64,000 bases of DNA from Podarcis muralis (lineage: Eukaryota). Position 1 is the stretch's first letter. Every line of letters starts with the position of its first letter. The notes under the pieces were generated by a model. The model had not been told where the DNA came from. It was given only the letters and a program-made list of their open reading frames with translations, and searched no databases. Below are positions 37,499 through 48,961 of the stretch, in pieces. Where the stretch lies: NCBI RefSeq assembly GCF_964188315.1, contig NC_135660.1, positions 34,410,001-34,474,000 of the forward strand. Reading direction: 5' to 3'. The translations under genes were made by a program, and so were the position numbers.

Positions 37499-40295
37499 GC
37501 TCCCTTCAGAAAGAAGGGTTGATGGCACCACCCATCAGCTGATAAGTGGTACCTGCTGGATTAGCTGCATGACCAAGGCCCCTCGGCGGAACTTGCTTGC
37601 ACAGCTGATCCTTGCAGAAAGCAGCTTTGCTAGCCCTATGCCTGGTGATAGGGAAGTGCACAGGTCTTGCAAAGCGCATTGTGTGGTGCTTCCCAAATGC
37701 CAGCTGATCCAATCTGCTGGAGCCAATCTGGTGCTTCCACCAGCGTGTTTGCCTACCTCAATACCACCTTGTGCCTCCCTTGAATGCAGCAGCAGTGCAG
37801 GCAACCTGAGGTCAGGTGAGTGCCAGCTCCCCAACCTATCATTTGCTACTGAATAAGTAAATAAATACCTATGGATATTGTTTGTATAAATCTGCACTAT
37901 TACTCATCTCTGCAACTCCCTCTTCCTCTTTTGTCCGGTGCTGCTATTCATGCCTGGTCATGCCTCCACAGGGATGGTTTCAATGGAAGGAAATGTGAGA
38001 GTTTAGGACTAGGAACAAAGAAAACATTTGAAGAAGGGATATTTCTAAAATTATAAAAGGATATGAAAAATGAAACACTTATGAGAAAACTGCCAAATCA
38101 CCCAAGCACCCTGTGGGCTTCTCATGTAAAGGTACCCCTATATGAAAATAAGGTTGTTTCCATGTAAGCACAGTCTGCAGGAAGGTTGTGTTTATAAGCA
38201 GAAAATTGAACTTCAGCTTAATGAAGAACATTTGTCCCCAGCGGAACATCTTGTCAGCTATAATAACTCTCCTCAGCCTTTATGACAACCCAGAAGAATT
38301 ATCTTCTAAGAAATATGATCAAAAGACCTATAAAAAAACCAAACAAGGAATTTACTGGGAAAGATTCTAAAAGCAGGGAAATTAAGGGGGAAATACAAGG
38401 AGAGTGAACCTACCAGCCATGAGATATAAGTGTGGCTCAGTCTATTGAGTCTGACGTAAGTGACTTAAAGGCAGACTTATGAAAAACCCTCACAATGGGA
38501 AGACTATCTGCTTTTCATTATTTGGTTTAGTCTCAGGAGCAGATTGACCATCTCGCAGTTGCTTTGGAATGGGAAATGCCAACCCAGATACAATGCCAGT
38601 CGTCAAATGGAGCAGGGTTGTGCAGCTGTATAGAAAGGAAGGCTCAAGTCTGTTGGGGGGGGGGAATTCAGCATTGTTTGTTATTTCAAAGCCATTTCGA
38701 AATGGCATGTGGTGGGGGTGAACAAATCCTCACTCTGAAATTTATTTGAAGTCATTGTACTGTAGTTTTAGTATGCCATGCCCTGGTCCTAACTGCACTA
38801 CAAGGAAACAAAACCAAGTGCTTCTATATAGGAGATATGATCAAGAGAAACCCTAAATGGACTTCAATAGCACCGTTTCCGGGCTTCCGGTCAGCTGCGA
38901 TCCCAGCGCAAGCAGGGTTTTACACCGTGAGGTGAGAACCCGAGCTATTTTGAGGGATAGGGGTGTCTCCAGGGCGCGGAGACCCCCAAAACTCCTTTGA
39001 AGGGTGTTCAAGGAGTCTAGTCCTCGGTACGACCGAAAGAAGGATCAAACCGGCTACCAGGTACCCGAGAAAGGCGAAGAGTGTAGCGGAGAGATCCAGC
39101 GGGTCTAGAGGAGCCATTTTCTAGCCTTCAAATAGCGAAGCCCTGCGCTTGCAGGGAGAGCGGCTTGCTCTCAAAGAAAAAGAAACCCGATACCTGCAAC
39201 TTTGTAGCTAAGAGCAGCAACAAGGAAGTCTTGGGGAACAGAGAGAGGAAAACGGAGTTCAGTCGATAGCCGAAGTCAATTTAAACGCGGCGAGAAACCA
39301 GTGCTAAAGAGAGTGAGTAATCTGCCCGGGCGGTAACGTGGTTCCCTTTTAAGCCCTATCTCCCCCTCCGGAGAAACAAACGTTAAAACACAAAGGAAGA
39401 TTTACAACCGTGGAGGAGTGGAGGAGCTCGGAAAGGGTCCAGGAAAAGAGAGGGCTGGCGTCCTTGATGAACAGGAGGTTAAAAGTAGGAAAAAGGACGC
39501 TCTCTTCTTTTGTGCTTTAATGCTATATATGTGAGTGGAAATCTTGGAAGAGAAGCACCAGACGCCATTTGGAACCTGAGAGAGAAGTTTGTGGGAAGAG
39601 GGAAAAAAGAGGACAGTGTTCTTTGATATTTGCTAGCTTGCATCGGGAACTGCTTGGGTAGAGCCACATTCCCTCTGTTAAATCTGAAGACGGAGGTTTG
39701 AGGTTAGAAAACGCTAAATTTTTAAGAGACTAAGGTTACTTTAAGAACCAGCGAGATCGTGTGCTGACTTGACGAACTTTTGAAAATAAGATGGAGGAGA
39801 TGGTGTGAGTCGTGACTAATCCCCCCCACTCATTCTCCCTCCCTCTCTCCCTCCCCCCTACCTGACCACCCAGCACTCATTTCTTTAGGTTTAAATGCCT
39901 CCTTGCTATTGAGCTTTTTGAAGCCTTCCTAGCTCTTGGATTAACTAATAGAGGACTAGTTGGGTCGGGAGAGGAGAAGAAGCGTGTGTTTCTGGGACCA
40001 TCACATACTTAAAGGAAATATCCTCACAACAGGAACCAAGTACTGGCCGATAAGTGAGATTACGATTGAGATAGTGAAGACACACGACGTACTATTACGG
40101 ATCAACTGTTCTGCCCCTGATTTTTGCATATGGTTTTACTGATTATGGATTTGTGTTTTTTTGTGGGGAGTACATAGAGATAGTAAATGTAAATCCCAGC
40201 AAGGAAGGAAAGTGAAAAGTGAAAATAAAGAAACAGTGGGAGGTACTAAGAGAGGGTGGGAGAGAGGGAGGGGTATAAAGGTATAAAGGGGTAAG

Positions 40296-41288
40296 ATGTC
40301 TCATACAGGGAAGAAAGGAACGAATGGGGGAACCCCAGGAGAGAGGAGGGGCTCGAAACAGGAGGTGGATTTTAAGTCGGATATTCTGAAAATGTTTGCA
40401 GAAATTAAGCAAAGCCAAGCTAACGTAGAGCATAAGTTAGAATTGGTGGACAAAAGAATTGGGATATTAGATAAAAAAATGGAGGAAACTGTGAATGAAC
40501 TAAAGGGCCAAGTAAAAGAAATATCTAGGAGGACGCAGCTCACAGAAGAAGGATTAAAAAGGACAAAGGGGGAGATAAGAGATATTAAGAGGGATAAGGA
40601 AAAGATCAAATCAGATGTAATGGAGTTAAGTAGGACACAGGAAGAGATAAAAGATATTATAGCGATGAATGAACTAAGGCAGAGGGGGGTGAACCTGAGG
40701 CTGAGAGCGGTCTCAGAGACACAGAATGAAAATGTTAAAGAAAGATTGACGAAGGAGCTAGCGGAATGGATGGGTATATCAGTGGAAGAAATGGCCAATA
40801 GTGTACTGAACGCATTTAGAATGCGGGTCAATGCAACAAAAGCAAAGAGATTCACAGGTGACTGTTTGATCACTTTCAAAAATAAAGAAATGAGAGACAG
40901 GATCCTTCAAAGGAACAGAGAAAAGAGATTGAATATAGACGGGAATTACATAATTTTGTTTAAAGATATCCCAATTAGATTACTTAAAAAGAGAGACTCT
41001 TATAAACCCCTGGTGCAGACATTGAGGAAAAATAAGATTGAGTTCAGGTGGGAATTCCCGGAAGGGATATCATTTACATACAGAGGTAAAAGACATAAGC
41101 TTATAAACCAAGAAGAAACTGGGAAATTCCTTAGGAAATACAAGGAGCTAAAAACGGAGGAGCAAGAATTAGGGAGAGGAGAGAGGGCCCCATCAGGAGA
41201 ACCAAGAGTGCTAGAGGAGGGAGAAGAGGAGGGGAGTGGGTCGGGAGAGGAAGAAGAAGAGGAAGTGGAAGATTCTGAGAATATATAA
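40296..41288 (+). CDS. L1 ORF1p (330 aa; coiled coil, RRM-like and C-terminal domains, acidic tail)
   Basis: Heptad-rich region, then R..NLRLRAVSE, IILFKDIP, FRWEFPEGI. Positioned directly upstream of ORF2. Confidence 0.92.
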   Translation: MSHTGKKGTNGGTPGERRGSKQEVDFKSDILKMFAEIKQSQANVEHKLELVDKRIGILDKKMEETVNELKGQVKEISRRTQLTEEGLKRTKGEIRDIKRDKEKIKSDVMELSRTQEEIKDIIAMNELRQRGVNLRLRAVSETQNENVKERLTKELAEWMGISVEEMANSVLNAFRMRVNATKAKRFTGDCLITFKNKEMRDRILQRNREKRLNIDGNYIILFKDIPIRLLKKRDSYKPLVQTLRKNKIEFRWEFPEGISFTYRGKRHKLINQEETGKFLRKYKELKTEEQELGRGERAPSGEPRVLEEGEEEGSGSGEEEEEEVEDSENI

Positions 41289-41334
41289 CTGATAGGAAGA
41301 TTCTAAAGAGTAACGAAAGGAAAAGCTAAGCATT

Positions 41335-44300
41335 ATGGGATTAAAAATTTGGAATTGGAACATAAATGGGATGAACGACAAAAAAAAGAGAAATAAAATT
41401 GAACAATGTTTGAAAAGGAAAAATTTGGACATTATCTGTCTTCAGGAGACGCATGTGGCCAGAAAGCATAGAAAGGTGTTGATTAATAAACGGCTAGGAA
41501 ATGAGTTTGAAACCCTGGATAGGGTAAAGAAAAGAGGTGTGGTACTGTATATTAGTAGTAAAATAGAAGCTAAAACAATGTTCAAAGATGAGGAAGGGAG
41601 GATGATAGGGGTCAATATCAACTGGCAAGGAGAAAAGATGCTGGTAGTAGGGATCTATGCCCCGAATGGTAGTAAAAATGAATTTTTTAAAAGATTAGAA
41701 GAAAAACTAATGGAGTATGTCGATCAAAAAATAATCCTAATGGGGGATATGAATGCAGTCGTCTCGCCTGATATGGATAGACTTAGAGACGGAACAAACA
41801 GAGAGGGGAAACTACCAAAATCTTTTTTCGCCTTAGCGGAAAACTGCAGTTTAGTGGACATCTGGCGCCTCAGACACCCACTCGAGAAACAATTCACTTT
41901 CTATTCAGAACCTAACCAATCACTCTCACGAATAGACCAGATTTGGATCTCAAAAGATCTATGTCCAAGAGTTAAACTTATAGAAATAAGACCGAAAGTA
42001 ATATCAGATCACAATCCATTAGAGATAGAACTAGAAAGCTTAGAGAAGAGACCCTTTAGATGGAGATTAAAGGACTATTTGTTAGATGATCAGAAAGTGG
42101 TGGAAACGGCAAAGGAAAAATTGACAGTGTACTTTAAGGATAACTGTGATAAAGGAACAAAAGAGAGCGTAATCTGGGATGCAAGTAAGGCAGTAATAAG
42201 AGGGTACTTCATACAACAGAATGCAATTAAAAATAGAAATAGAGAGAAAAATAAAGAAGAGATCCTCAGACAGATAATGGCAAATGAACAAAAGTTAGTC
42301 CAGAAGCCTAACTGCCCAAAGACAAAAGAAAAAATAAAAATACTGCAAACCCAGTTTGCCACAATAATAAACAGAGAGGTAGAGTGGAACATTAAAAGAT
42401 TTAGACAAAGAAACTTTGAATTTGCGAACAAACCAGGGAAATGGCTTGCCTGGCAAATCAAAAAAAGGAAAGAGCAAGGGACAATCAATAAAATAATAAC
42501 AGACGGGGAAGAAAGAACTGATCCCAGAGGAATAAGGAGTGAGTTTCTTAATTATTATAGAAATTTGTATAAAGATCAAGAGAGAGTTGCCCCAAGGAAG
42601 ATAGAAAGATTCTTAAAGGAAAAAGGGGGACAAAAAATTCCAGCAGAAGGGAAACAAAGACTGAATACCCCAATTGAAAATGAGGAAATAGAGGAGGTAA
42701 TTAGAGACCTAAAGAGGGGCAAAGCACCAGGCCCTGACGGATTTACTGCAGGATATTACAAAGAAATGAAATCTATTTTGGTGGGACCTTTGAAAAAGAC
42801 TATGAACATCATCTTAAAGGAAGGAGAAATCCCAGAGACCTGGAAGGAAGCATACATCACGTTCCTCCCCAAACAAGACGCGGATTTAACCCAGGTTAAA
42901 AACTATAGACCAATCTCACTGCTGAACACGGATTATAAGATATTCGCAGGAATCCTGGCAAAAAGGTTAAAAAATGTGTTAGTAGATATTATTCATACGG
43001 ACCAGGCAGGATTCCTGCCAGGTCGGCAGATGAGGGATAATACAAGACATATTATTGATATGTTAGAATTTTTGTCTGTTAGGATTGATAAGCAAGTCAC
43101 AATGATGTTTATTGACGCCGAAAAGGCGTTTGATAATGTGATATGGAACTTTATGTTGAGAAATCTAGAATATATGGATGTAGGTAACAACTTCTTCAAC
43201 GGGGTAAGGGCAATATATACTGAACAAAAGGCCAAACTGATTGTAAATGGTACGGTTACGGAAGAGATAAAAATAAGGAAGGGCACAAGACAGGGCTGTC
43301 CGCTCTCCCCGTTACTATTTATAACAGTGTTAGAAGTACTCTTAAACTCGATAAGACAAAATGGAAATATAAAAGGAGTAACGTTAGGAAAGAATGTGTA
43401 TAAAACTAAGGCCTTTGCCGATGATTTGATAGTGATGACAGAAGACCCTATAACCTCAGTAGAAGAAATCTTGAAGGAAATAGAATCATTCGGAGAAGTG
43501 GCTGGGTTTAAACTAAATAAGAAAAAAACAAAAATGATATATAAAAACGTAGATTCAAGGACAATAGAGGCAATCCAACAGCAATCACAGATAGAGACGG
43601 TCAAAAAGGTCAAGTACCTCGGCATCTGGCTAACACCTAAAAATAGAGACCTATATAAAAATAACTACGAGCCGATGTGGAGGGAAGTAAAGAGAGACTT
43701 AGAAAAATGGGGACGGTTAAAATTGTCAATGTGGGGAAGGATGAATATGATCAAGATGAATGTTTTATCAAGACTAATGTTCCTATTCCAGTCTATCCCT
43801 ATAATAAAAGGGTGCAGGATTTTCAAAGAATGGCAAAGGACAATTTCGAGGTTTATATGGCAGGGCAAAAAACCCAGGATTCAATTTAAATTACTAACAG
43901 ATGTAAAGGAAAGGGGGGGCTTTGCCCTGCCAGACCTGAAATTATACTATGAGGCATCTTGCCTAAGTTGGTTAAAAGATTGGGTTAAATTGGAAAATAC
44001 GGAGCTCCTCGATCTGGAGGGCTTCGATAACTACTTTGGATGGCATGCCTATTTATGGAAGAACAAAATGAAAGCACATAAGGGGTTTGGTAATCATATA
44101 TTTAGAGGACCGCTAATCGAAGTGTGGGAAAGATATAAAAATGTGTTAGAACCGAAAACACCACACTGGTTATCACCCCTTGAAATAACAAGCATAAAAA
44201 CGATCAATATGAGAAGCAACTGGGCAACATATAACCAGTTAGTTATCAAAGTGGATGGGAAATGGAGAACAAAACCTTATGAACAGATAAAAGAGTATGT

Positions 44301-45096
44301 TTACGATTGGCTTCATCACCAACAGATTAACCAGATGCTTAGCAGAGACATCAAGGAAAGAGGCTATGCGGACAATGACTCGAAATTTCAGACGGAAATA
44401 ATAAATAATAAAGTGAAAAACATATCCAAGTTGTATAGGATGCTGCTAGACTGGAATTTAGCAGACGAGGAAGTTAAATCAGTGATGATCCGCTGGGCAA
44501 AAGATATAGGGCATAGTATACAATTCGAGGACTGGGAAAGATTATGGAGAGACGGGTTGAATTTTACGGCGTGTACTGTGATAAAGGAAAATGTCATGAA
44601 GATGGTTTACAGGTGGCACCTGACACCCATGAAACTTTCAAAGATGTATAAGGTGGATAATAAGTGCTGGAGGTGTAAAGATGCAGTGGGCTCCTTTTAC
44701 CACATGTGGTGGGAGTGTGGAAGGGTAAAGCTGTTTTGGGAGAAGGTTTATACCGAATTAAAAAAGATACTAAAGTACACGTTTGTAAAGAAACCAGAAA
44801 TTTTCTTATTAGGGATGCTAAGACAAGAAATAAAAAAGGAGGATCGCAGATTGGTATACTATGCGGTAACAGCAGCAAGGGTTTTAATAGCTCAGAGGTG
44901 GAAACAGCAGGAAATCCCAACAACGGAGGAGTGGAGATCTAAACTATCGGAGTATGCAGAACTCGATAAATTAACGGGGAAAATTAGATATATAAAAGAC
45001 CAAGTGTTCATTAAGGATTGGGGAAAGTACGCAGATTATCTGGAAGGTATTAGTGATGGACAAATAACGCTAAAGGGATTTAAAGATGCACTGTGA
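41335..45096 (+). CDS. L1 ORF2p (1253 aa; APE endonuclease, reverse transcriptase, CCHC)
   Basis: Endonuclease motifs WNING, LQETH, IYAPN, GDMN, SRID, SDH. RT motifs KAPGPDG, YRPISLLNTDYK, QAGF, DAEKAFD, GTRQGCPLSP, FADD, KYLG. Zinc knuckle CWRC...HMWWEC. Confidence 0.98.
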   Translation: MGLKIWNWNINGMNDKKKRNKIEQCLKRKNLDIICLQETHVARKHRKVLINKRLGNEFETLDRVKKRGVVLYISSKIEAKTMFKDEEGRMIGVNINWQGEKMLVVGIYAPNGSKNEFFKRLEEKLMEYVDQKIILMGDMNAVVSPDMDRLRDGTNREGKLPKSFFALAENCSLVDIWRLRHPLEKQFTFYSEPNQSLSRIDQIWISKDLCPRVKLIEIRPKVISDHNPLEIELESLEKRPFRWRLKDYLLDDQKVVETAKEKLTVYFKDNCDKGTKESVIWDASKAVIRGYFIQQNAIKNRNREKNKEEILRQIMANEQKLVQKPNCPKTKEKIKILQTQFATIINREVEWNIKRFRQRNFEFANKPGKWLAWQIKKRKEQGTINKIITDGEERTDPRGIRSEFLNYYRNLYKDQERVAPRKIERFLKEKGGQKIPAEGKQRLNTPIENEEIEEVIRDLKRGKAPGPDGFTAGYYKEMKSILVGPLKKTMNIILKEGEIPETWKEAYITFLPKQDADLTQVKNYRPISLLNTDYKIFAGILAKRLKNVLVDIIHTDQAGFLPGRQMRDNTRHIIDMLEFLSVRIDKQVTMMFIDAEKAFDNVIWNFMLRNLEYMDVGNNFFNGVRAIYTEQKAKLIVNGTVTEEIKIRKGTRQGCPLSPLLFITVLEVLLNSIRQNGNIKGVTLGKNVYKTKAFADDLIVMTEDPITSVEEILKEIESFGEVAGFKLNKKKTKMIYKNVDSRTIEAIQQQSQIETVKKVKYLGIWLTPKNRDLYKNNYEPMWREVKRDLEKWGRLKLSMWGRMNMIKMNVLSRLMFLFQSIPIIKGCRIFKEWQRTISRFIWQGKKPRIQFKLLTDVKERGGFALPDLKLYYEASCLSWLKDWVKLENTELLDLEGFDNYFGWHAYLWKNKMKAHKGFGNHIFRGPLIEVWERYKNVLEPKTPHWLSPLEITSIKTINMRSNWATYNQLVIKVDGKWRTKPYEQIKEYVYDWLHHQQINQMLSRDIKERGYADNDSKFQTEIINNKVKNISKLYRMLLDWNLADEEVKSVMIRWAKDIGHSIQFEDWERLWRDGLNFTACTVIKENVMKMVYRWHLTPMKLSKMYKVDNKCWRCKDAVGSFYHMWWECGRVKLFWEKVYTELKKILKYTFVKKPEIFLLGMLRQEIKKEDRRLVYYAVTAARVLIAQRWKQQEIPTTEEWRSKLSEYAELDKLTGKIRYIKDQVFIKDWGKYADYLEGISDGQITLKGFKDAL

Positions 45097-46211
45097 TAGA
45101 CTACGGGTTATTGGGTAAGGAAAAGAGAGAACAAAATTGGAGACAATGACAATAACAATATAGAAGATGAAACGTGTAACTTTATTTATTGCTTCGAACG
45201 ACTTGCGGCCAAGCTGAAGGAAGTCCTGAAAGAAACAGCTATGTTATAGGAGATTGTAAAAACAATAATTATGTGTACCTTTTACTTGTTTCTTTTGTTT
45301 TTTCTGTATGTTCTTTCTTTTTTGTGTTGTTGTCTTTGTTATATGTGTGTTATCTTTGTTTTTCTTTTTATGGAATAATCAATAAAAAAGAATTTTAAAA
45401 AAAAAAAAATAGCACCGTTTCCAGAACATTCTTCCCAGGAAAGCTCACCTGGTACTGCCCTTGTCATTGTTTCAGTGCCAAGCAGAGGTTGTTTTCCCAG
45501 TTATTTTGCCAGAAACAGTGGATATTATTACTATTGGATTGTAATTTGCTTTCTTAGTAAGAAGTGATACATACATTTAGCAAACCTAAACCTAACCAAT
45601 AGTCCTATAGAATGCTTGACTTCTGCCAAACTGCCTTTTAAAAGCACACGCAAGACTTATGCGGTGTATGCAGCTTGGTCTTGGGACAGGGAACAGCTGG
45701 AAAGCAAAAGCGCATTCGGTACAACCAGCTGAATCACGCTCAATAAGTCAATCATGGCTAAATTAGACATAAGGGCAAATATATAACTTCCATCACATTG
45801 AGGAGCATAAAGGAAATTGACTTATATTGAATTAAGACTGTTGGCCCATTGATCTATCCAGCTCAATACTGTCTGCACGGACAGGTGGCAACTTTCCAGG
45901 CAAACGACCTTCCAGGCCAGGGATTGAGCCTGGGACCTTTTGCATGCAAAGCATGGGATCTTGCAGTGTGATGCTATGGCGCCACCATGTCCTGTGTTTA
46001 TTTACCCCTGCTCTGCATCAGTGGAGATGGGGAGATGCAGGACATTGTGACATCACAATAACAGTGTATGCTGGAATGGAATGGAACGGAGGAACTAGAT
46101 GTGTGGTTGCCATGGTGTGTGTGTGTCTAGCGACACATTTACCATCATGTATTGTTTGACCCTAAGGCTGTTTTTGATTGTATCCATTTAAATCAGAGCA
46201 GACCTACTGAA

Positions 46212-46564
46212 GGAGGGACGCGGGTGGTGCTGTGGGTTAAACCACAGAGCCTAAGACTTGCCAATCAGAAGGTTGGTGGTTCGAATCCCCGCAACAGGGT
46301 GAGCTCCCATTGCTCGGTCCCTGCTCCTGCCAACCTAGCAGTTCGAAAGCACCTCAAACTGCAAGTAGATAAATAGGTACCGCTCCGGCGGGAAGGTAAG
46401 CGACGTTTCCGTGTGCTGCTCTAGTTTGCTAGAAGTGGCTTAGTCATGCTGGCCACATGACCCGGAAGCTATACGCCAGCTCCCTTGGCCAATAAAGCGA
46501 GATGAGCGCGCAACCCCAGAGTCGGCCATGACTGGACTTAATGGTCAGGCGTCCCTTTACCTTT
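46212..46564 (+). mobile_element. Full-length Sauria SINE with 12-bp TSD
   Basis: tRNA-like head gggacgcgggtggtgctgtgg...ggttcgaatccc and tail ccctttaccttt. TSD AGACCTACTGAA at 46200-46211 and 46565-46576. Confidence 0.92.
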
Positions 46565-48274
46565 AGACCTACTGAAATCAGTGGCCTTGAACTTATGCAC
46601 ATTAACTTTAATGAGTCTACTCTGAGTACAACTTACCCAGTGTGTAAACTTCCTTGTTCACCTGGACCGGTGTGGGGGGAGGGGTGGAAATGGAGCGCAA
46701 CCTAATAACTCATTTTTACAGCCAGATCTTCCAGGATTTTCATTTTGCTCTCACTTAATGAACATATTTGTTTGCATTAAAAAAGAGCTAAATAGCCCTG
46801 ATTGATACCAGGCATTATGCAACAGCCAAGAAGCATTTATTAGTTGAATAGCTGGTGACTTGCTGATCAAACATTACAATTAAAATCAGAGTTATTTAAC
46901 TCAAAAAGTTATACCGAACATCGAATCAATTGACAGTCATAACAATAATAATGAATGATTAATATACAATTACCTAAGCTCATTACCCAGGTAATGTCAA
47001 TTAGCTGCCCGAATTAGCTCAGGAGAAAAGCTTGCATTTGTTAAAAAAAGATTCAATAACTTCTTGCAGCAATGACAAATTGCCCCCTGTGCAGGAACAT
47101 GGATGGGAATCCTAATGAGGCCAAGATCCCTGCTGAGGTGCCCTGCAATTGCCTCATAACCATTTCATAACTTACTCTTATGCTGTGTCATGTCAATCAG
47201 CTTAGATAAATAAACATGGGGAAAACAATCCGGGTATCTCTCAGAATACCGAGCTGGGAGACGCTTACCAGTGTAAACATGGAGGGTGGGAAAGCCTTCA
47301 AAGGTCTGACCCTGATTTCCAGGACTTGGGCCCAGACTAGGACTGGCTACAGAGGAGAAACTGTGACCACATGGCTTGAAAGCACACACTACAAAACACA
47401 TCATTCTTCCCTTCCCACCGCCGTTAACCAGGAAAAGATGAGAGACGGGATCAACTATCAAAGGTCAGGCCCTGAGGCTAAAGTATCTTCACAGGGGGAG
47501 GGAAATGGTTTTCAGTTTGAAAGAAAGAAGTAAGTAGTATGGGGATTCTTCTCTGTGGTTCTTGAGCGGTAACACAGGCTACATGCACACTGTGCATATT
47601 ATTGAACTGCTCTGGGAACTGTAGCTCTGTGAGGGGCATAGGGGTCTCCTAACAGCTCTCTGCACACTTAACAAACTACAGCTCCCAGAATTCTTTGGGG
47701 GAAGCCATGCCTGCTGAAAGTGGTTTCAGAGTGCTTTAAATGCATGGCACGAATGTGGCTACAGTCTTTAGAAATTTTAAGGAACATCAGACACAGACCT
47801 GATTGTTCCTGCACATCCTATTCCTTGCTGTTCATCTGGCTGCTACACACCATATGTTTAAAGTACATGGAATCCTGGGAACTGTAGTTTGTCAAGTGTT
47901 CTAGGAATAATAGTTCATGAGGGGTAGAGTTATCAGGATTCTTGTGTGTGTGTGTGGTTTAAATATGTGGTGTACGCAACATTTTCGGAGAATTTGGAAA
48001 AATATCAACAAGCCTTTGGACTGCATGCAATAAGCCTCTTTGCCTTATTCAACAAGCAAACCAGGAAGTCTTCCATTAATTATAGCTTCCCATATAGTCT
48101 GAGCTGGGAAGCTACAGTTAATGGCTTTGGAACAAGTTAGGATCATATTAAACCAACTTCAGACCACAAGTTTAATGACCTGGCTTGCTCTAAAGCTTTT
48201 AACCATAGTTTCCTGGTTCTGATGAAATGGGAAACTATAATTAATGGAAGCCTTCCTTATTTAGCTCCCCGGGA

Positions 48275-48459
48275 ACGATTGAGGGCACAAGAAGAAGGGG
48301 ATGACAGAAGACAAGATGGTTAGACAGTGTTCTCGAAGCTATGAACATGAGTTTGACCAAGGTGCGGGAGGCAGTGGAAGACAGGAGTCCCTGGCGTGCG
48401 CTGGTCCATGGGGTCACGAAGAGTCGGACATGACTAAACGACTAAACAACAACAACAAC
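48275..48459 (+). mobile_element. BovB extreme 3' fragment
   Basis: gaggcagtggaagacagg...catggggtcacgaagagtcggacatgactaaacgactaaac(aac)n. Confidence 0.9.
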
Positions 48460-48598
48460 ATGTAAAGGGAGGAGTGAAGTGGCTGTATTTAAAATGTGGA
48501 CAAAAGCTTTGTTTATAACTTTGGTTATAAGACTAAGATATGATAATTCAAAATGGTGTTCATATCGTTGTGAGAAACAACACCCTTAAAAGCTGTAT

Positions 48599-48961
48599 AA
48601 AAGGTAAAGGGACCCCTGGCCGTTAAGTCCAGTCGCGGACGACTCTAGGGTTGCAGTGCTCATCTTGCTTTACCAGCTGAGGGAGCTGGCGTTTGTCCTC
48701 AGACAGCTTCCGGGTCATGTGGCCAGCATGACTAAGCTGCTTCTGGTGAACCAGAGCAGCGCACGGAAACGCTGTTTACCTTCCTGCCAGAGCGGTACCT
48801 ATTTATCTACTTGCACTTTGACATGCTTTCGAACTGCTAGGTTGACAGAAGCAGGGACCAAGCAATGGGAGCTCACCCCGTCATGGGGATTTGAACCGCC
48901 GACCTTCTGATCAGCAAGCCCTAGGCTCTGTGGTTTAGACCACAGCACCACCCGCGTCCTT
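48599..48961 (-). mobile_element. Full-length Sauria SINE with 13-bp TSD
   Basis: TSD TTAAAAGCTGTAT at 48586-48598 and 48962-48974. Confidence 0.92.

Larger units (their letters stand above)
38881..45407 (+). mobile_element. Full-length L1-clade LINE (6.5 kb) with 15-bp TSD
   Basis: TSD AATAGCACCGTTTCC at 38866-38880 and 45408-45422. ~1.4-kb 5' UTR, ORF1, 46-nt spacer, ORF2, ~300-nt 3' UTR, AATAAA at 45381 and a poly-A tail. Confidence 0.97.

Noticed and set aside
40301-40879. 192-aa hydrophobic antisense ORF over L1 ORF1 (also 42090-42488, 42993-43625, 44388-44597)
   Set aside because: Shadow frames produced by the A-rich codon usage of the sense ORFs; no independent motif.
47250-47400. 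Nucleotide echoes of C2H2 zinc-finger linkers (taccagtgtaaa, gggaaagccttc, gaggagaaa)
   Set aside because: Cys/His spacing is not recoverable in any frame and there is no 84-bp periodicity.
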